A stretch of 62,968 bases of DNA, filler included, from Octopus bimaculoides (taxonomy: Eukaryota): assembly GCF_001194135.2 (NCBI RefSeq). It is 5 parts of 5 records of this genome, joined end to end, with 100 filler letters (N's around TTAATTAATTAA, not from the genome) between each part and the next. Parts side by side here need not be neighbours in the genome. Positions count along the whole stretch, not along the records: positions 42,053 to 52,239 come from NC_068987.1; positions 52,340 to 62,968 come from NC_069005.1; 3 more parts are not named here. The stretch is one strand, 5' to 3'. This document shows, piece after piece, positions 51,090-62,968 of the stretch. Made by a program: the position numbers and the translations under genes. Numbering within the stretch: position 1 is the first letter of the stretch; each line of letters starts with the position of its first letter. Under the pieces are notes generated by a model that was not told where the DNA came from, made no database searches, and saw only the letters and a list, made by a program, of their open reading frames with translations.

Positions 51090-51645
51090 GTATGTCACGC
51101 CCCCCCCCCNNNNNNNNNNNNNNNNNNNNNNNNNNNNNNNNNNNNNNNNNNNNNNNNNNNNNNNNNNNNNNNNNNNNNNNNNNNNNNNNNNNNNNNNNNN
51201 NNNNNNNNNNNNNNNNNNNNNNNNNNNNNNNNNNNNNNNNNNNNNNNNNNNNNNNNNNNNNNNNNNNNNNNNNNNNNNNNNNNNNNNNNNNNNNNNNNNN
51301 NNNNNNNNNNNNNNNNNNNNNNNNNNNNNNNNNNNNNNNNNNNNNNNNNNNNNNNNNNNNNNNNNNNNNNNNNNNNNNNNNNNNNNNNNNNNNNNNNNNN
51401 NNNNNNNNNNNNNNNNNNNNNNNNNNNNNNNNNNNNNNNNNNNNNNNNNNNNNNNNNNNNNNNNNNNNNNNNNNNNNNNNNNNNNNNNNNNNNNNNNNNN
51501 NNNNNNNNNNNNNNNNNNNNNNNNNNNNNNNNNNNNNNNNNNNNNNNNNNNNNNNNNNNNNNNNNNNNNNNNNNNNNNNNNNNNNNNNNNNNNNNNNNNN
51601 NNNNNNNNNNNNNNNNNNNNNNNGCCATGACAAACAACCTTCTAA

Positions 51646-51689
<44 letters not shown>

Positions 51690-51694
51690 TTTTT

Positions 51695-52100
51695 ATTCTT
51701 TTCCTTATTTCAGTCATTTTGACTGCAGTCATGCTGGAGCACCGCCTTTAGTCGAACAAATTGACCCCAGGACTTATTCTTTGTAAGCCTAGTACTTATT
51801 CTATCAGTCGCTTTTGCCGAACCACTAAGTTACGGTGGATGTAAACACACTAACATCAGTTGTCAAGCGATGGTGTGGGTACAAACACAGACGCACAAAC
51901 ATATACATATATATACATATATATATATATACGACGGGCTTCTTTCAGTTTCTGTCTACCAAATCCACTCCCATGGCTTTGGTTGGCCCAAGGCTATAGT
52001 AGAAGACACTTGCCCAAACCCAAGGTGCCATGCAGTGGGACTGAACCCGGAAACATGTGGTTGGGAAGCAAGCTTCTTACCACATAGCCACTCCTGCACT
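51695..52100 (-). mobile_element. Full-length SINE B copy
   Basis: Complete match to the family B pattern. Confidence 0.9.
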
Positions 52101-52239
52101 TGTATATATATATATATATACAATTAAACCTTGGGAGAGGCATTATGCCGGTAATAAACACACGCACTGGTTCAGTCCTTTATTAATTTATATAGTTTTT
52201 TGTTAAATTATTTCATTGCACTCTTGCAATCTCTTCAGT

Positions 52240-52339
52240 NNNNNNNNNNNNNNNNNNNNNNNNNNNNNNNNNNNNNNNNNNNNTTAATTAATTAANNNNN
52301 NNNNNNNNNNNNNNNNNNNNNNNNNNNNNNNNNNNNNNN
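52240..52339. other. Artificial scaffold-joining spacer
   Basis: 44N + TTAATTAATTAA + 44N. Confidence 0.95.
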
Positions 52340-52394
<55 letters not shown>

Positions 52395-52800
52395 GGTGGT
52401 GAGCTGGCAGAATTGTTAGCACATTGGACAAAATACATTGCAGCATTTCATCCGACATCACATTCTGTGTTCAAATTCCCCCAAGGTCGACTTTGCCTTT
52501 CATCCTTTCAGAGTTGATAAAACGAGTACCAACTGAATACTGGGGTCAATGTAATTATTATTATCATCATTATTATTTATTTATCTAAGGTGACGAGCTG
52601 GTAGAATCATTAGCACGCCAGGCGAAATGCTTAGAAGTAGTTCACTTGTCTTTACATTCTGAGTTCAAATTCCACTGAGGTCGACTTTGCCTTTCATTCT
52701 TTCGGGGTCGATTAAATAAGTACCAGTTACGCACTGGGGTTGATGTAATCAACTTAATGCCCTCCCCCAAGCTGCCCTTGTGTCAAAAATTTGAAATAAT
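52395..52800 (+). mobile_element. Two tandem SINE A copies, each preceded by (ATT)n
   Basis: aaggtggtgagctggcagaattg..; aaggtgacgagctggtagaatc.. Confidence 0.85.
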
Positions 52801-53284
52801 TATTATTTACTTTTTAAACTGATATATTTTGTCCCTTTTATTTTTTCACATTTTTTTAGTTTCCTCTTGTTTTTTTTTTTTTTTTTTTTTTTTTTTTNNN
52901 NNNNNNNNNNNNNNNNNNNNNNNNNNNNNNNNNNNNNNNNNNNNNNNNNNNNNNNNNNNNNNNNNNNNNNNNNNNNNNNNNNNNNNNNNNNNNNNNNNNN
53001 NNNNNNNNNNNNNNNNNNNNNNNNNNNNNNNNNNNNNNNNNNNNNNNNNNNNNNNNNNNNNNNNNNNNNNNNNNNNNNNNNNNNNNNNNNNNNNNNNNNN
53101 NNNNNNNNNNNNNNNNNNNNNNNNNNNNNNNNNNNNNNNNNNNNNNNNNNNNNNNNNNNNNNNNNNNNNNNNNNNNNNNNNNNNNNNNNNNNNNNNNNNN
53201 NNNNNNNNNNNNNNNNNNTCCAATCAGGCCTTTCATGATACACTTAAAAGGCAAGAACATTTCAACACCCCCTTGTGCAAATAT

Positions 53285-53338
<54 letters not shown>

Positions 53339-54029
53339 ATGTGTGTGCTACAAGTTCCTGGATTTGGTTAAAAGATAATACAGGCGGATCAGTTAATTAT
53401 GATTTTATTCAACCTGTTCCCCTCTCAGATTCACACACTTATTGCAACAGTCCTTCAGTTTTTTTTAAACTTTGTAAAAGGACTCGGAAAGTTAGGCCTT
53501 CAGCCAGGACTCTTGCAACAACCTTAAAACCAGAAACTTTACAGCAACCCCTTGTGGTTGGGAAGCAAACTCCTTACCATGCAATCTCTGTATTTCTATC
53601 ATTAACCCATTACCTCCCATAATTCTATTAACTGGAATTTTTTTATGAAACTTTGATTTCTAGCATAAAACAGCCTTAGAAATACGCTGGAATGATCAAA
53701 ATAACATTTCAAAATAACATTTTAAATAGAAATAAGCAAGATATTGGGTGAAAAATTAGCAAACCTCATTTGAATATCAGAGAAATATACCTAGTAGATA
53801 TAGCAAAAAGGTTAGATATGTGTAATTTTTAAGTGATCTCATATGAGATCACTGGTAGGTAATGGGTTAATATTAATCAATACTTATAATTATGCAATTT
53901 CTATCATTAGTATCAATTCATCTAAAAAAAAAAACTCATAGAATAGCATTACAAAATGTTAGAAAATGGAATTATTTCTGTTTTTACATTTCAGAAAAAT
54001 AACATTTGCATTTATTTGTTTATTTGCAG

Positions 54030-54167
54030 CTTAGCAATGAGATTATCCATCAGTGCTGTAAAGCCATTAATCTTGACCGGATATTTGAAGGCTACATAAA
54101 GAGCGGTTCGCAAACCCTCGTCGACTGCATTGAATGTTGTGAAAAATGGAGGGAGAAATACGATATG
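54030..54167 (+). CDS. DNAH2: Axonemal dynein heavy chain 2, exon A
   Basis: LSNEIIHQCCKAINLDRIFEGYIKSG..CCEKW; tttgcag acceptor and gttagt donor, phase 0/0. Confidence 0.88.
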
Positions 54168-54179
54168 GTTAGTGTTAGC

Positions 54180-54660
54180 TTTGATCTTTTACTTGTTTCA
54201 GTCATTAGACTGCGGCCATGCTGGAGCACCGCCTTTAGTCGAGCAAATCGACCCCAGAACTTATTCTTTGTAAGCCTAGTACTTATTCTATCAGTCTCTT
54301 TTGCCGAACCGCTAAGTTACTGGGACGTAAACACACCAGCATCGGTTGTCAAGTGATGTTGGGGGGGACAAACACANNNNNNNNNNNNNNNNNNNNNNNN
54401 NNNNNNNNNNNNNNNNNNNNNNNNNNNNNNNNNNNNNNNNNNNNNNNNNNNNNNNNNNNNNNNNNNNNNNNNNNNNNNNNNNNNNNNNNNNNNNNNNNNN
54501 NNNNNNNNNNNNNNNNNNNNNNNNNNNNNNNNNNNNNNNNNNNNNNNNNNNNNNNNNNNNNNNNNNNNNNNNNNNNNNNNNNNNNNNNNNNNNNNNNNNN
54601 NNNNNNNNNNNNNNNNNNNNNNNNNNNNNNNNNNNNNNNNNNNNNNNNNNNNNNNNNNNN

Positions 54661-54694
<34 letters not shown>

Positions 54695-54785
54695 CAACGG
54701 GCTTCTTTCAGTTTCCATCTACCAAATCCACTCACAAGGCTTTGGTCGGCCCGAGGCTATAGTAGAAGACACTTGCCCAAAGTGC
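54180..54785 (-). mobile_element. SINE B copy (gap-interrupted) in a DNAH2 intron
   Basis: Family B pattern on the minus strand. Confidence 0.88.
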
Positions 54786-54849
54786 CTTTGGTAAGAAAAA
54801 AATCGCACTTACTTCAAAATTGATGCCATATATAAAATGAAGGATTTAC

Positions 54850-55200
54850 AACACCTGTGTTCTTCCAGTAGCTTTATATGGGCCAGAATGTGTCAACTGG
54901 ACTTCTGGTGCACTACAGAAACTGGAAGTCTTTCAGAATCATGGAATGCAACTTATTACTAACACCAAATTCTCAGACTATGTCAGAATTGAAGATTTAA
55001 GGCAAATAACCAAAGTGCCATCAGTTACCCCTGTCATCAAAAATAAAGAGCACATATGGTTTGGCCTCACTAAGAGAATGGTTTGTAGCGTCGGCAAGGT
55101 CTGTTTGGAAGGTGTGATTAATGGAAAGAGAAACTGAGGTTGGTAACCTAAGAAACGGAGAGGTAGCACCACAGCATGGTTAGGTCTTATCAGAATGTCC
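54850..55200 (+). mobile_element. RTE LINE C-terminal remnant
   Basis: LYGPEC..LEVF..WFGLTKRM..LEGVINGKRN*G..KKR matches the RTE LYG.E.W..WFGH..LEG.V.GKR.RGRP pattern. Confidence 0.7.
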
Positions 55201-55409
55201 CTGAACACTCTTGCCAAAGTTTGAATACTATGGCGGCAACTATGTTGTGCTGGTGCACATTCTTCTGCAAGCAATTAGTAGGAATTGTCTATCAAGTTGA
55301 GCAACCTCATAGAAGAATGTAAATCTTCTTGAGTTTAGAAATTTCTTCATTTAATTAAGAAATTCTTGCTTCCAGAAAAAAAAAAAAAAAAAAAAAAAAC
55401 CATTGGAAA

Positions 55410-55790
55410 ACCGATTCTAGCAGTGACTCCATCTAAGAATATCTGAAGAAGGAATTTTATTCCGAAATATCATCAGACTATGGATGACTAAATTACAACG
55501 CGTATATAGCCCATTGTTTGTATTATAGTGTATTGTTGTACCATTCAAAACTTTTTATTCTTTACAAATAATAATAACAATAATAATAATAATAATAATA
55601 ATAATAAGTTTATAGCAGAGATTCCATCTAAGAGGATCTGAAGAAGGAATTGTAATTCCGAAAGATCATTGGACTATAGATAACCAAATTACAACAGGTG
55701 TATAATCCATTTTTTGTTTTATAGTGCATTGTTGGACCATTCAAAACTTTTTATTGTTTACAAACAATGCACAATGCTTCAAGTGAACTA
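55410..55790 (+). ncRNA. Tandem dimer (195-bp period), each unit with a degenerate minimal hammerhead
   Basis: CTGAAGA-a-ggaat(ttt or tgta)attcc-GAAA-(T/G)ATC-at(c/t) at 55443-55473 and 55638-55670. Confidence 0.55.
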
Positions 55791-55829
55791 CAATACTCTC
55801 CTAATTCTTGCTTTGTTTTGTTTTTCCAG

Positions 55830-55937
55830 ACATCAGCCTTACACAACAAGTTCTCCCCTAAAGGCTGGGTTCTTGACCTGACAAGCATATTCGCCCAAAT
55901 CGATGCTTTTATGCAGCGTTGCAAGGATCTGTTGGAG
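55830..55937 (+). CDS. DNAH2: DNAH2 exon B
   Basis: TSALHNKFSPKGWVLDLTSIFAQIDAFMQRCKDLLE; ttccag acceptor and gtaaga donor. Confidence 0.92.
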
Positions 55938-56147
55938 GTAAGAAAAATTATTGCTGTTTCTGCGTCAGATGGGGGCAGTGGGGTTAGAGATGTGACTTAA
56001 AAGGGTGAAGGAATGGATAAAAGGCAAAGTCAACCTTGGCAGGGTTTGAACTCAGAACATAAAGCCGGAAAAAATGGTGCTAAATATTTTGTCCAATGCA
56101 GTAATGATTCTGCCAACTCACTACCTTAATAAAAAAATAAAAAAAAA

Positions 56148-56228
<81 letters not shown>

Positions 56229-56778
56229 CCTTTCTATTATAGGCATAAGTCCTGAAATTTGTGGAGAGGGGGTTGAACGATTATATTGACCCCAGTGTGT
56301 AACTGGTACTTATTTAATATCTGAAATAAACTCGACTGATCTCACAAACAAGAAATAAATTTGACTGCTCTCGCAAACAAACGACTGCTCTCAAAAATTA
56401 AGTAAAAAAAAAGCAGAAAAATAATCCAGAATCCTTGTCCAGTACTTGATCGATCCCAAAATCTAATCAGTTTGTGCCAGTCATGAGGCCAAACATCCCT
56501 GAAAGTTTCATCTGAATTCATCCAGCAGTTCTTGAGATATCTTGTCCATGGACAAACGAACAAACAAATACCACCACCTTTGCTAAGGTGGGGGTAATAA
56601 TAACAATATGAAGAAGAAGAATAGACAAAATGAAGACTGTAACAGACCTTAATTTTGTCACCTAATAATTCAGTTAAGAGATGGTGTTTTGTTTTTTTTT
56701 ATGGTTTTTTTCTTTCTTTTTTTTTTGTTGTATGTTACCTATTTCCATATAACTAATGTATAAATTGTTCAATTGTAG

Positions 56779-56984
56779 GTCTGTGATACACAGGTCCATT
56801 TTGCTAGGATGGAAGAAGGTAAACAAATTGAAATGCCCCACTTTGGTGGCCAGCGAGGACCAGACATCACTCGAGGCATTTTAGAAATCGAACATGCACA
56901 CCAGAAATATCTCTCCCAGTTGCGATCCATGCAGAAAAGTATTTTAGACATCAAATCTACAAGTTGGCACGATGACTTCAATAG
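56779..56984 (+). CDS. DNAH2: DNAH2 exon C
   Basis: VCDTQVHFARMEEGKQ..GPDITRGILEIE..ILDIKSTSWHDDFN; ends in phase 2. Confidence 0.92.
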
Positions 56985-57439
56985 GTACGGGAACAAGATG
57001 ATGTTTTTTGTCTTTTTCTATTTATTGGAATTTGTTGAGGTGGACTCTCTATTAGTTGGGTGCCCTTCCTGTCACCAATCCTCACCTGTTTCCAAGGAAG
57101 GTAGTATTTACCTCATGGCCAGACATGTTTTTATGGAAGATTGGGAACAAAGAACACTACTTGCATTACAGTGACATTTGTCATGTGATGTCAAAACAAG
57201 AAGACAATAACACACATACGCACAACACAACAGACTTGTTTCAGTTTCCATCTAGCAAATTCATTCACAAGGCTTTGGTTGGCCTAGGGCTATAGAAGAA
57301 GACATTTGCCCAAGGTACCACACAGTGGTACTGAACCTGGAACCATGTAGTTGGGAAGAAAACTTGTCAGTCACACAGCCCTTAAGGGCCGCAGAATGGG
57401 GAAATAGGTAGTCCCACACAAAATAATTAGCAGTCTAAT

Positions 57440-57810
57440 AGGTGCAGGAGTGGCTGTGTGGTTCAGTCCCACTGCGTGGCACCTTGGGCAAGTGTCTTCT
57501 ACTATAGCCCCGGGCCGACCAAAGCCTTGTGAGTGGATTTGGTAGACGGAAACTGAAAGAAGCCTGTCGTATATATGTATGTATATATATACATATATAT
57601 ATATATGTGTGTGTTTGTGTGTGTTTGTCCTCCCAGCATCGCTTGACAACCAATGCTGGTGTGTTTACGTCCCCGTAACTTAGCGGTTCAGCAAAGGAGA
57701 CCAATAGAATAAGTACGAGGCTTACAAAGAATAAGTCCTGGGGTCGATTTGCTCGACTAAAGGCGGTGCTCCAGCATGGCCGCAGTCAAGTGACTGAAAC
57801 AAGTAAAAGA
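57440..57810 (+). mobile_element. SINE B copy, + strand
   Basis: aggtgcaggagtggctgtgtgg..ccttgggcaagtgtcttctactatagcc..gactgaaacaagtaaaaga; an opposite partial copy lies at 57230-57390. Confidence 0.9.
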
Positions 57811-58872
57811 GTCTTTACTTCCAGCNNNNNNNNNNNNNNNNNNNNNNNNNNNNNNNNNNNNNNNNNNNNNNNNNNNNNNNNNNNNNNNNNNNNNNNNNNN
57901 NNNNNNNNNNNNNNNNNNNNNNNNNNNNNNNNNNNNNNNNNNNNNNNNNNNNNNNNNNNNNNNNNNNNNNNNNNNNNNNNNNNNNNNNNNNNNNNNNNNN
58001 NNNNNNNNNNNNNNNNNNNNNNNNNNNNNNNNNNNNNNNNNNNNNNNNNNNNNNNNNNNNNNNNNNNNNNNNNNNNNNNNNNNNNNNNNNNNNNNNNNNN
58101 NNNNNNNNNNNNNNNNNNNNNNTTCTCATCCTTTTTTTTTTTTATTTCACCTATGGATCCCTTTGATTCCTCTTTTGCTCTGCTGGACCCCTGCTGCCAT
58201 TTGGTATTTTAAAAATTCCTATTATATCATCAACATCATTTAGCATCCATTTTCCATGCTGGCATGGGTTAGACGATTTGACCAAGGCTGGTAAGCTGAA
58301 GAGCTGTACCAGGCTCCAGTCTGATTTTGGCTTGATTTCTATGGCTAGATGCCTTTCCTAATGCCAACCACTCCAAGAGTGTAGTTGGTGCTTTTTATGT
58401 GCCACCAGCATGAGTGCCTTTTACGTGTCATCGGCAGGGGTGCCTTTTATGTGTCACTGGTGTGGGTGCTTTTTACGTGTCATATATTTGTAATTAAATA
58501 TCATTAGAAATTATATTTGTTAAAATATTTTGTATATTGTAGAAATACAACCAATTTAAATGCACATAAACTTAAGGAACAAAACCATATGTGAACCCGA
58601 AAGGGTCATTTGGACCTTGTTCAAAACCACTGTTTTAACCCTTTATCTGTCCTGTATATCACATGATCATCATTGATGTTAACTCATATCCAAGTAGTTA
58701 ATCCATAGTGAGTGATTAAGCCTCTTCATCCTGATGGGTGTAAAGGGTGCCAGTGCTTGAGATGGAGGTTCAGGCCAAGAATGGTACCATGTGATACATA
58801 AGACCTATTTCTATGGTGTCTATGCATTAGATATGATACACATTCTCAACTTTTCCTGTCTAATCACCAGAG

Positions 58873-59280
58873 TAACTTGGGACTTATGAAGGGAGAGCTT
58901 TGTATTACTCAGAATGTATGAAAGAAGCACCAACCAAAAGTCTGAAAACAAGCGTGGATGTTTCGGACAAATTTATGAAAATTCCTTGGGCATACAAAGG
59001 ATTAAAGGGATTAGTGGCAGCTTCTATTCTGGTAGAAGTCTGTCCTTAGTGTCACATGTGATACTCAGAACACTTTTCCCTGGCTTCCATGCATCGTATA
59101 TTGATAAACATTCCCAATATTTTTCTCAACCATCAGAATAATTTGGAATTTATGAAAGGAAAGTTTATATTTTACTCAGAACATATGAAACAAGGACTAA
59201 ACTAAAAGTCTGGAAAGGATAGACATATGAAAATGCTTTGGACAGGCAAAAGGTTAAAATGAATATCGTCATTGTTGCTA
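58873..59280 (+). repeat. Diverged direct duplication of about 140 bp
   Basis: ttatgaagggagagc..tactcagaatgtatgaaa..aaaagtctg versus ttatgaaaggaaagt..tactcagaacatatgaaa..aaaagtctg. Confidence 0.65.
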
Positions 59281-59755
59281 TTTAGGTTTAGTCTTCTATT
59301 ATAATTCCAATCACACAATGCCGATGTCATGTGAATGGCACCTGTGCCAGTGACAGATAAAAAGCACCCATACCCATTACATTCTTGGAGTTGTTGGCAT
59401 TAGGAAGAGCATCCAGACATAGAAACCGTGCCAAATCTGATTGGAACCTGGTGCAACTCCCCGGCTTACCAGTTTTCAGTCAAACCGTCCAACCCATGCC
59501 CGCATGGAAAGTGGGTGCTAAACGATGATGAGCTAGGATGCTTTTTAGAAGCTGTTCCCTGCCTATGGGCCGCAGTATGGTTCCAAAGGGGCTGTGAAGA
59601 CAAAACCTATTAAGTTTAGATTCTGATTGTATCTCGTTAGTATGTGATTAGGGCCTCATTGATTTGGTTTCCAAAACAATTTGTAAAAGTCTAAAACCGC
59701 ATTTGTCACTTAGTCAACCACCTTTTACTGAGACTTAAGGCTCTATATTTGACAG

Positions 59756-59938
59756 AATATCCGCAGAACCATTGACAAGAAGACCAGGTCAACATTTACT
59801 GTATTCAGTGAGGAAATGAATACAGTGAAGAAGGAACTCACCCTTAAGTCACCCTACATTTTGAAAACCCATCCAAAGTACTCTGGATCTGCTTGCTGGT
59901 TAAAGACCCTCAAAGCAAGAATTGACCTCAATATGAAG
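59756..59938 (+). CDS. DNAH2: DNAH2 exon D
   Basis: NIRRTIDKKT..FSEEMNTVKKELT..PKYSGSACWLKTLKARIDLNMK; gacag acceptor and gtaggt donor, phase 0/0. Confidence 0.88.
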
Positions 59939-60334
59939 GTAGGTTCCAGTATTAGAGTTTCCACTGGTTATTGATGTGTCTTTTACTTTAGTCTTTTTCT
60001 TTGTTTTGTATCCTGTTTCTTTCTCTCTTGATCTTGGGTTTAATCTTTCTAATCCTTCTATCACCTCGCACTATCATCACTTTATACTATATAAAAGGGG
60101 AGGTGTGTGGCTTGGTGGTTAGGGTGTTGGACTCTTATTTATTGTACAGTAACATGATTTTATGTGCTTTTGACAGTTTTCTAGTGATTTTACGATTTCA
60201 ATATTTGTAGCAGACAGACATAAAGTCGATTAAAATGACTTAATTTGATTATTATTTTTCCATATATTATTTTTGAAAACCAACATATAATCAAAAACAA
60301 CTTAAAATGAAATGACTTAAACCAATGTATGTTT

Positions 60335-60392
<58 letters not shown>

Positions 60393-60869
60393 TTGATAGG
60401 CATCTTTTAGTTTCCATCTGCTAAATCCACTCACAAGGCTTTGGTTGGCCTGGGTCTATAATAGAAAACACTTGCCCAAAGTGCCATGCAGTGGAACTGA
60501 ACTCAAGACCCCGTTGTTGGGAAGCAGAAGGAGAGAGAGAGAGAAAGATGTGTGAGCACGGCTATATAGTTACAAAGTTCACTTTGCAGCCATGTGGTTT
60601 CTGACTGAGCCCCACTGCTTGGTGCCTTGGGCAAGTGTCTCCTTTATGTTTTGTGGTATACATGTACGTATCTGTATAAATTGTTTATATTCTGTCCTGA
60701 ACAAGAAACGGTGATGCTTGTTGCCATTCCCTGACAACAAAGAAATTTGCTGGCTTTTGTGCTTTCAAAGAAAACGGGAATGAAAAAATGCCTTACTCGA
60801 AAACCAGACAGATTAGTGACAGACACCATTTGTTTACAAATATCATATGAAGTCAAGGCAAAGGGGCAG

Positions 60870-60908
<39 letters not shown>

Positions 60909-61242
60909 ATGAGCTTCTTTCAGTTCCTGTATACCAAATCCACTCACAACACTTTGGTCACCCTGGAGTTATAATAGAAGATATTTGCCCAAGGTGTTTT
61001 GAAACCACATGGTTGGAAAACAAACTTCTTACTCCGCAGCCATGACCACATGTATACATTTATGATTAAAGATTGTCCAGCCATCATCATCACAGCTTTT
61101 TTACTTCGAACATCAAATATCAAGGACTACATTAACCAAATATCCTTTCTTTTTTTAGACAGTATCGTGTAACTTGAATGAGATTTTGGCTGCTATTTCT
61201 AGCATTTCTCATGTTGTCTCATGTTTAATTTTGTTGTTTCAG

Positions 61243-61374
61243 GTGATAGAGAAGGCTTACTTCCTGAATCAAACCAGCTTTAGTGATATTACTAAGAATT
61301 ATCACCAACTCATCTCAGCTCTAGATGAAAACATCAGAAAATATTTTAATGAATGGAATTTAAACTTAGACAAG
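61243..61374 (+). CDS. DNAH2: DNAH2 exon E
   Basis: VIEKAYFL..YHQLISALDENIRKYFNEWNLNLDK; tttcag acceptor and gtaaat donor. Confidence 0.88.
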
Positions 61375-62359
61375 GTAAATATTTGAACATTCTCAAATTA
61401 ATCCTGTAAGTGTTCTATATAATTCTTTCTTATTTTAGCATAAGGCTAGCAATTTTGAGTGGAGGGGGCAAGTCACATTGACACCCCCAACTTCTGTGAT
61501 TTAATCAATATTTTCAAAATAATTGAGAATTTGGTAAAAATATTGATGTTTAGATTATGATTTTGAAGGAATGTGTTTCATGCAATGTGATCAAAATTTT
61601 GCCTCTTGAAATCTTCTGCCAATGTTTATGTAAACAGCAAGATATTTTTCAGTGTTTCATTATAACTCTTTCTGATGATTTTTACATGAAATTATAAAAT
61701 GATTTTTACTTTTGTTTATTCGTTTTTAATAATAAATGCTTGAAAATGGTTTTATACTTTACCACAATGCTGGTGTCAAAAGAGTTAAATTTCTAATGCA
61801 GCCTACATTAAATATGTATTAAGTTTAAAATGGAGTTTTAATGAAGCATTGCATGGTATTACTTTAAAGAGATTTGTTGTACAAGGCCGGAACAATGCAA
61901 GAAGGTACAAAGTAAACTACAAAAAGGAAAGGAAAACAAAATAAAATAAAGTTGCAGTTTTACTTTGTATTTCTATATCCCAGGGCTATAACCCCTTCTT
62001 CAGGACATTTGGAAAGGCAAGGGATGGAAAAGATGTATGGGAGAGGAAGGTGACGTGCAAACTGGAGGTGCTATAGTAACCAGTCTGCCTCATGTAGTTC
62101 CTTCCTGTTGTTAATGGCTGGTCTCAGTTTGTATTAAGATTGTTAATGCTTGCTTATTGTCTGTCTGTTTTGATGATGATTAATCATCATTTTGCAACTG
62201 TTTCCCACATATTCATTTCTAGTTAGCTTTTATAATGCTATCAATTATGTTAACACTGACCTAAATAAGATAAAGCTTAATTAAAAGATGTATGTTGTGA
62301 GTAAAGAAGATAACGACTGACAAGATTATCTTGTTTTTTTTTTTGTTTTATGTTTGAAG

Positions 62360-62442
62360 GATCCACTCACATACTTAGATCTTCCTTTGATGCAAAAAAC
62401 TATAGAAGACGATGTTCCAGTTTTGCACCTGAATTTTAACAA
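62360..62442 (+). CDS. DNAH2: DNAH2 exon F
   Basis: DPLTYLDLPLMQKTIEDDVPVLHLNFN(K); tttgaag acceptor and gtaggt donor. Confidence 0.8.
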
Positions 62443-62619
62443 GTAGGTGACCATTTTCTTCTCAGAGTTCAATCATGTGCTTCTGAATTCAATTCCACTC
62501 TATGGCACCTTCTTAGACAAGTGTTTTCCACTAGTTTCTCCAGTCACCACAAGTCTCGTCAGTGAAATGTGAAAGTATATCAGATGGACTGTAGTGACAG
62601 TAATTCTTTGCCTAGTTAT

Positions 62620-62968
62620 ATATATTAGGGAGCGAATCAATTTAGATGAGATGCAGTTTGGGTTCGTGCCAGGTAAAAGCACTACTGATGCCTTATTTCT
62701 AGTGAGACAGTTGCAGGAGAAATACCTAGCTAAGGATAAACCTCTGTACCTGGCTTTCGTTGACATGGAGAAAGCCTTTGACAGGGTCCCCCGATCCCTT
62801 ATCTGGTGGTCAATGAGGAAACTTGGGATAGAAGAATGGTTAGTGAGAGCTGTGCGAGCCATGTACAGAGATGCTGCCAGTAAGGTGAGGGTTGGAAATG
62901 AGTACAGCAATGAATTCCGGGTAGAGGTAGGGGTCCACTAAGGTTCCTTCCTCAGCCCCCTCTTATTT
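62620..62968 (+). mobile_element. RTE LINE reverse transcriptase fragment (intronic)
   Basis: QFGFVPGKSTTDALFLVRQLQEKYLAK..AFVDMEKAFDRVPR..VGVH*GSFLSPLLF. Confidence 0.93.

Noticed and set aside
61960-62010. Further hammerhead-like traces (minus strand CTGAAGA..GAAA here; also about 1700, 7200-7260 and 33170-33240)
   Set aside because: Core or stems too degenerate to support a call without a consensus
46616-62442. Apparent sperm/flagellar gene cluster (VSP next to DNAH2, plus the bromodomain gene)
   Set aside because: The genes lie on different fragments separated by artificial TTAATTAATTAA linkers, so their adjacency is not biological evidence

Overview
AT-rich, microsatellite-saturated eukaryotic DNA, very likely octopus (inferred from the SINE families, repeat landscape and protein sequences; not database-verified). 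The window is not contiguous. Four 100-nt spacers (44 N + TTAATTAATTAA + 44 N) at 22095, 33794, 41953 and 52240 join five unrelated fragments. Host genes: (i) an intact single-ORF 590-aa protein with an N-terminal RING finger and a C-terminal bromodomain (5017-6789); (ii) three in-frame exons of a voltage-sensing phosphatase (VSP/TPTE; N-terminus and S1-S3); (iii) six exons of axonemal dynein heavy chain 2 (DNAH2), with one intervening exon missing, probably in an N gap. The rest is transposon debris (mariner, hAT, Helitron, Tx1/L1, RTE, R4/Dong-like, Penelope-like elements, at least four SINE-like families), minisatellites and microsatellites. The strongest unannotated signal is a set of minimal hammerhead-ribozyme motifs from at least three unrelated sequence families, on four of the five fragments. 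They occur as outward-facing palindromes, flanking a Penelope GIY-YIG ORF, and as a tandem dimer; two of these structures lie inside host introns.
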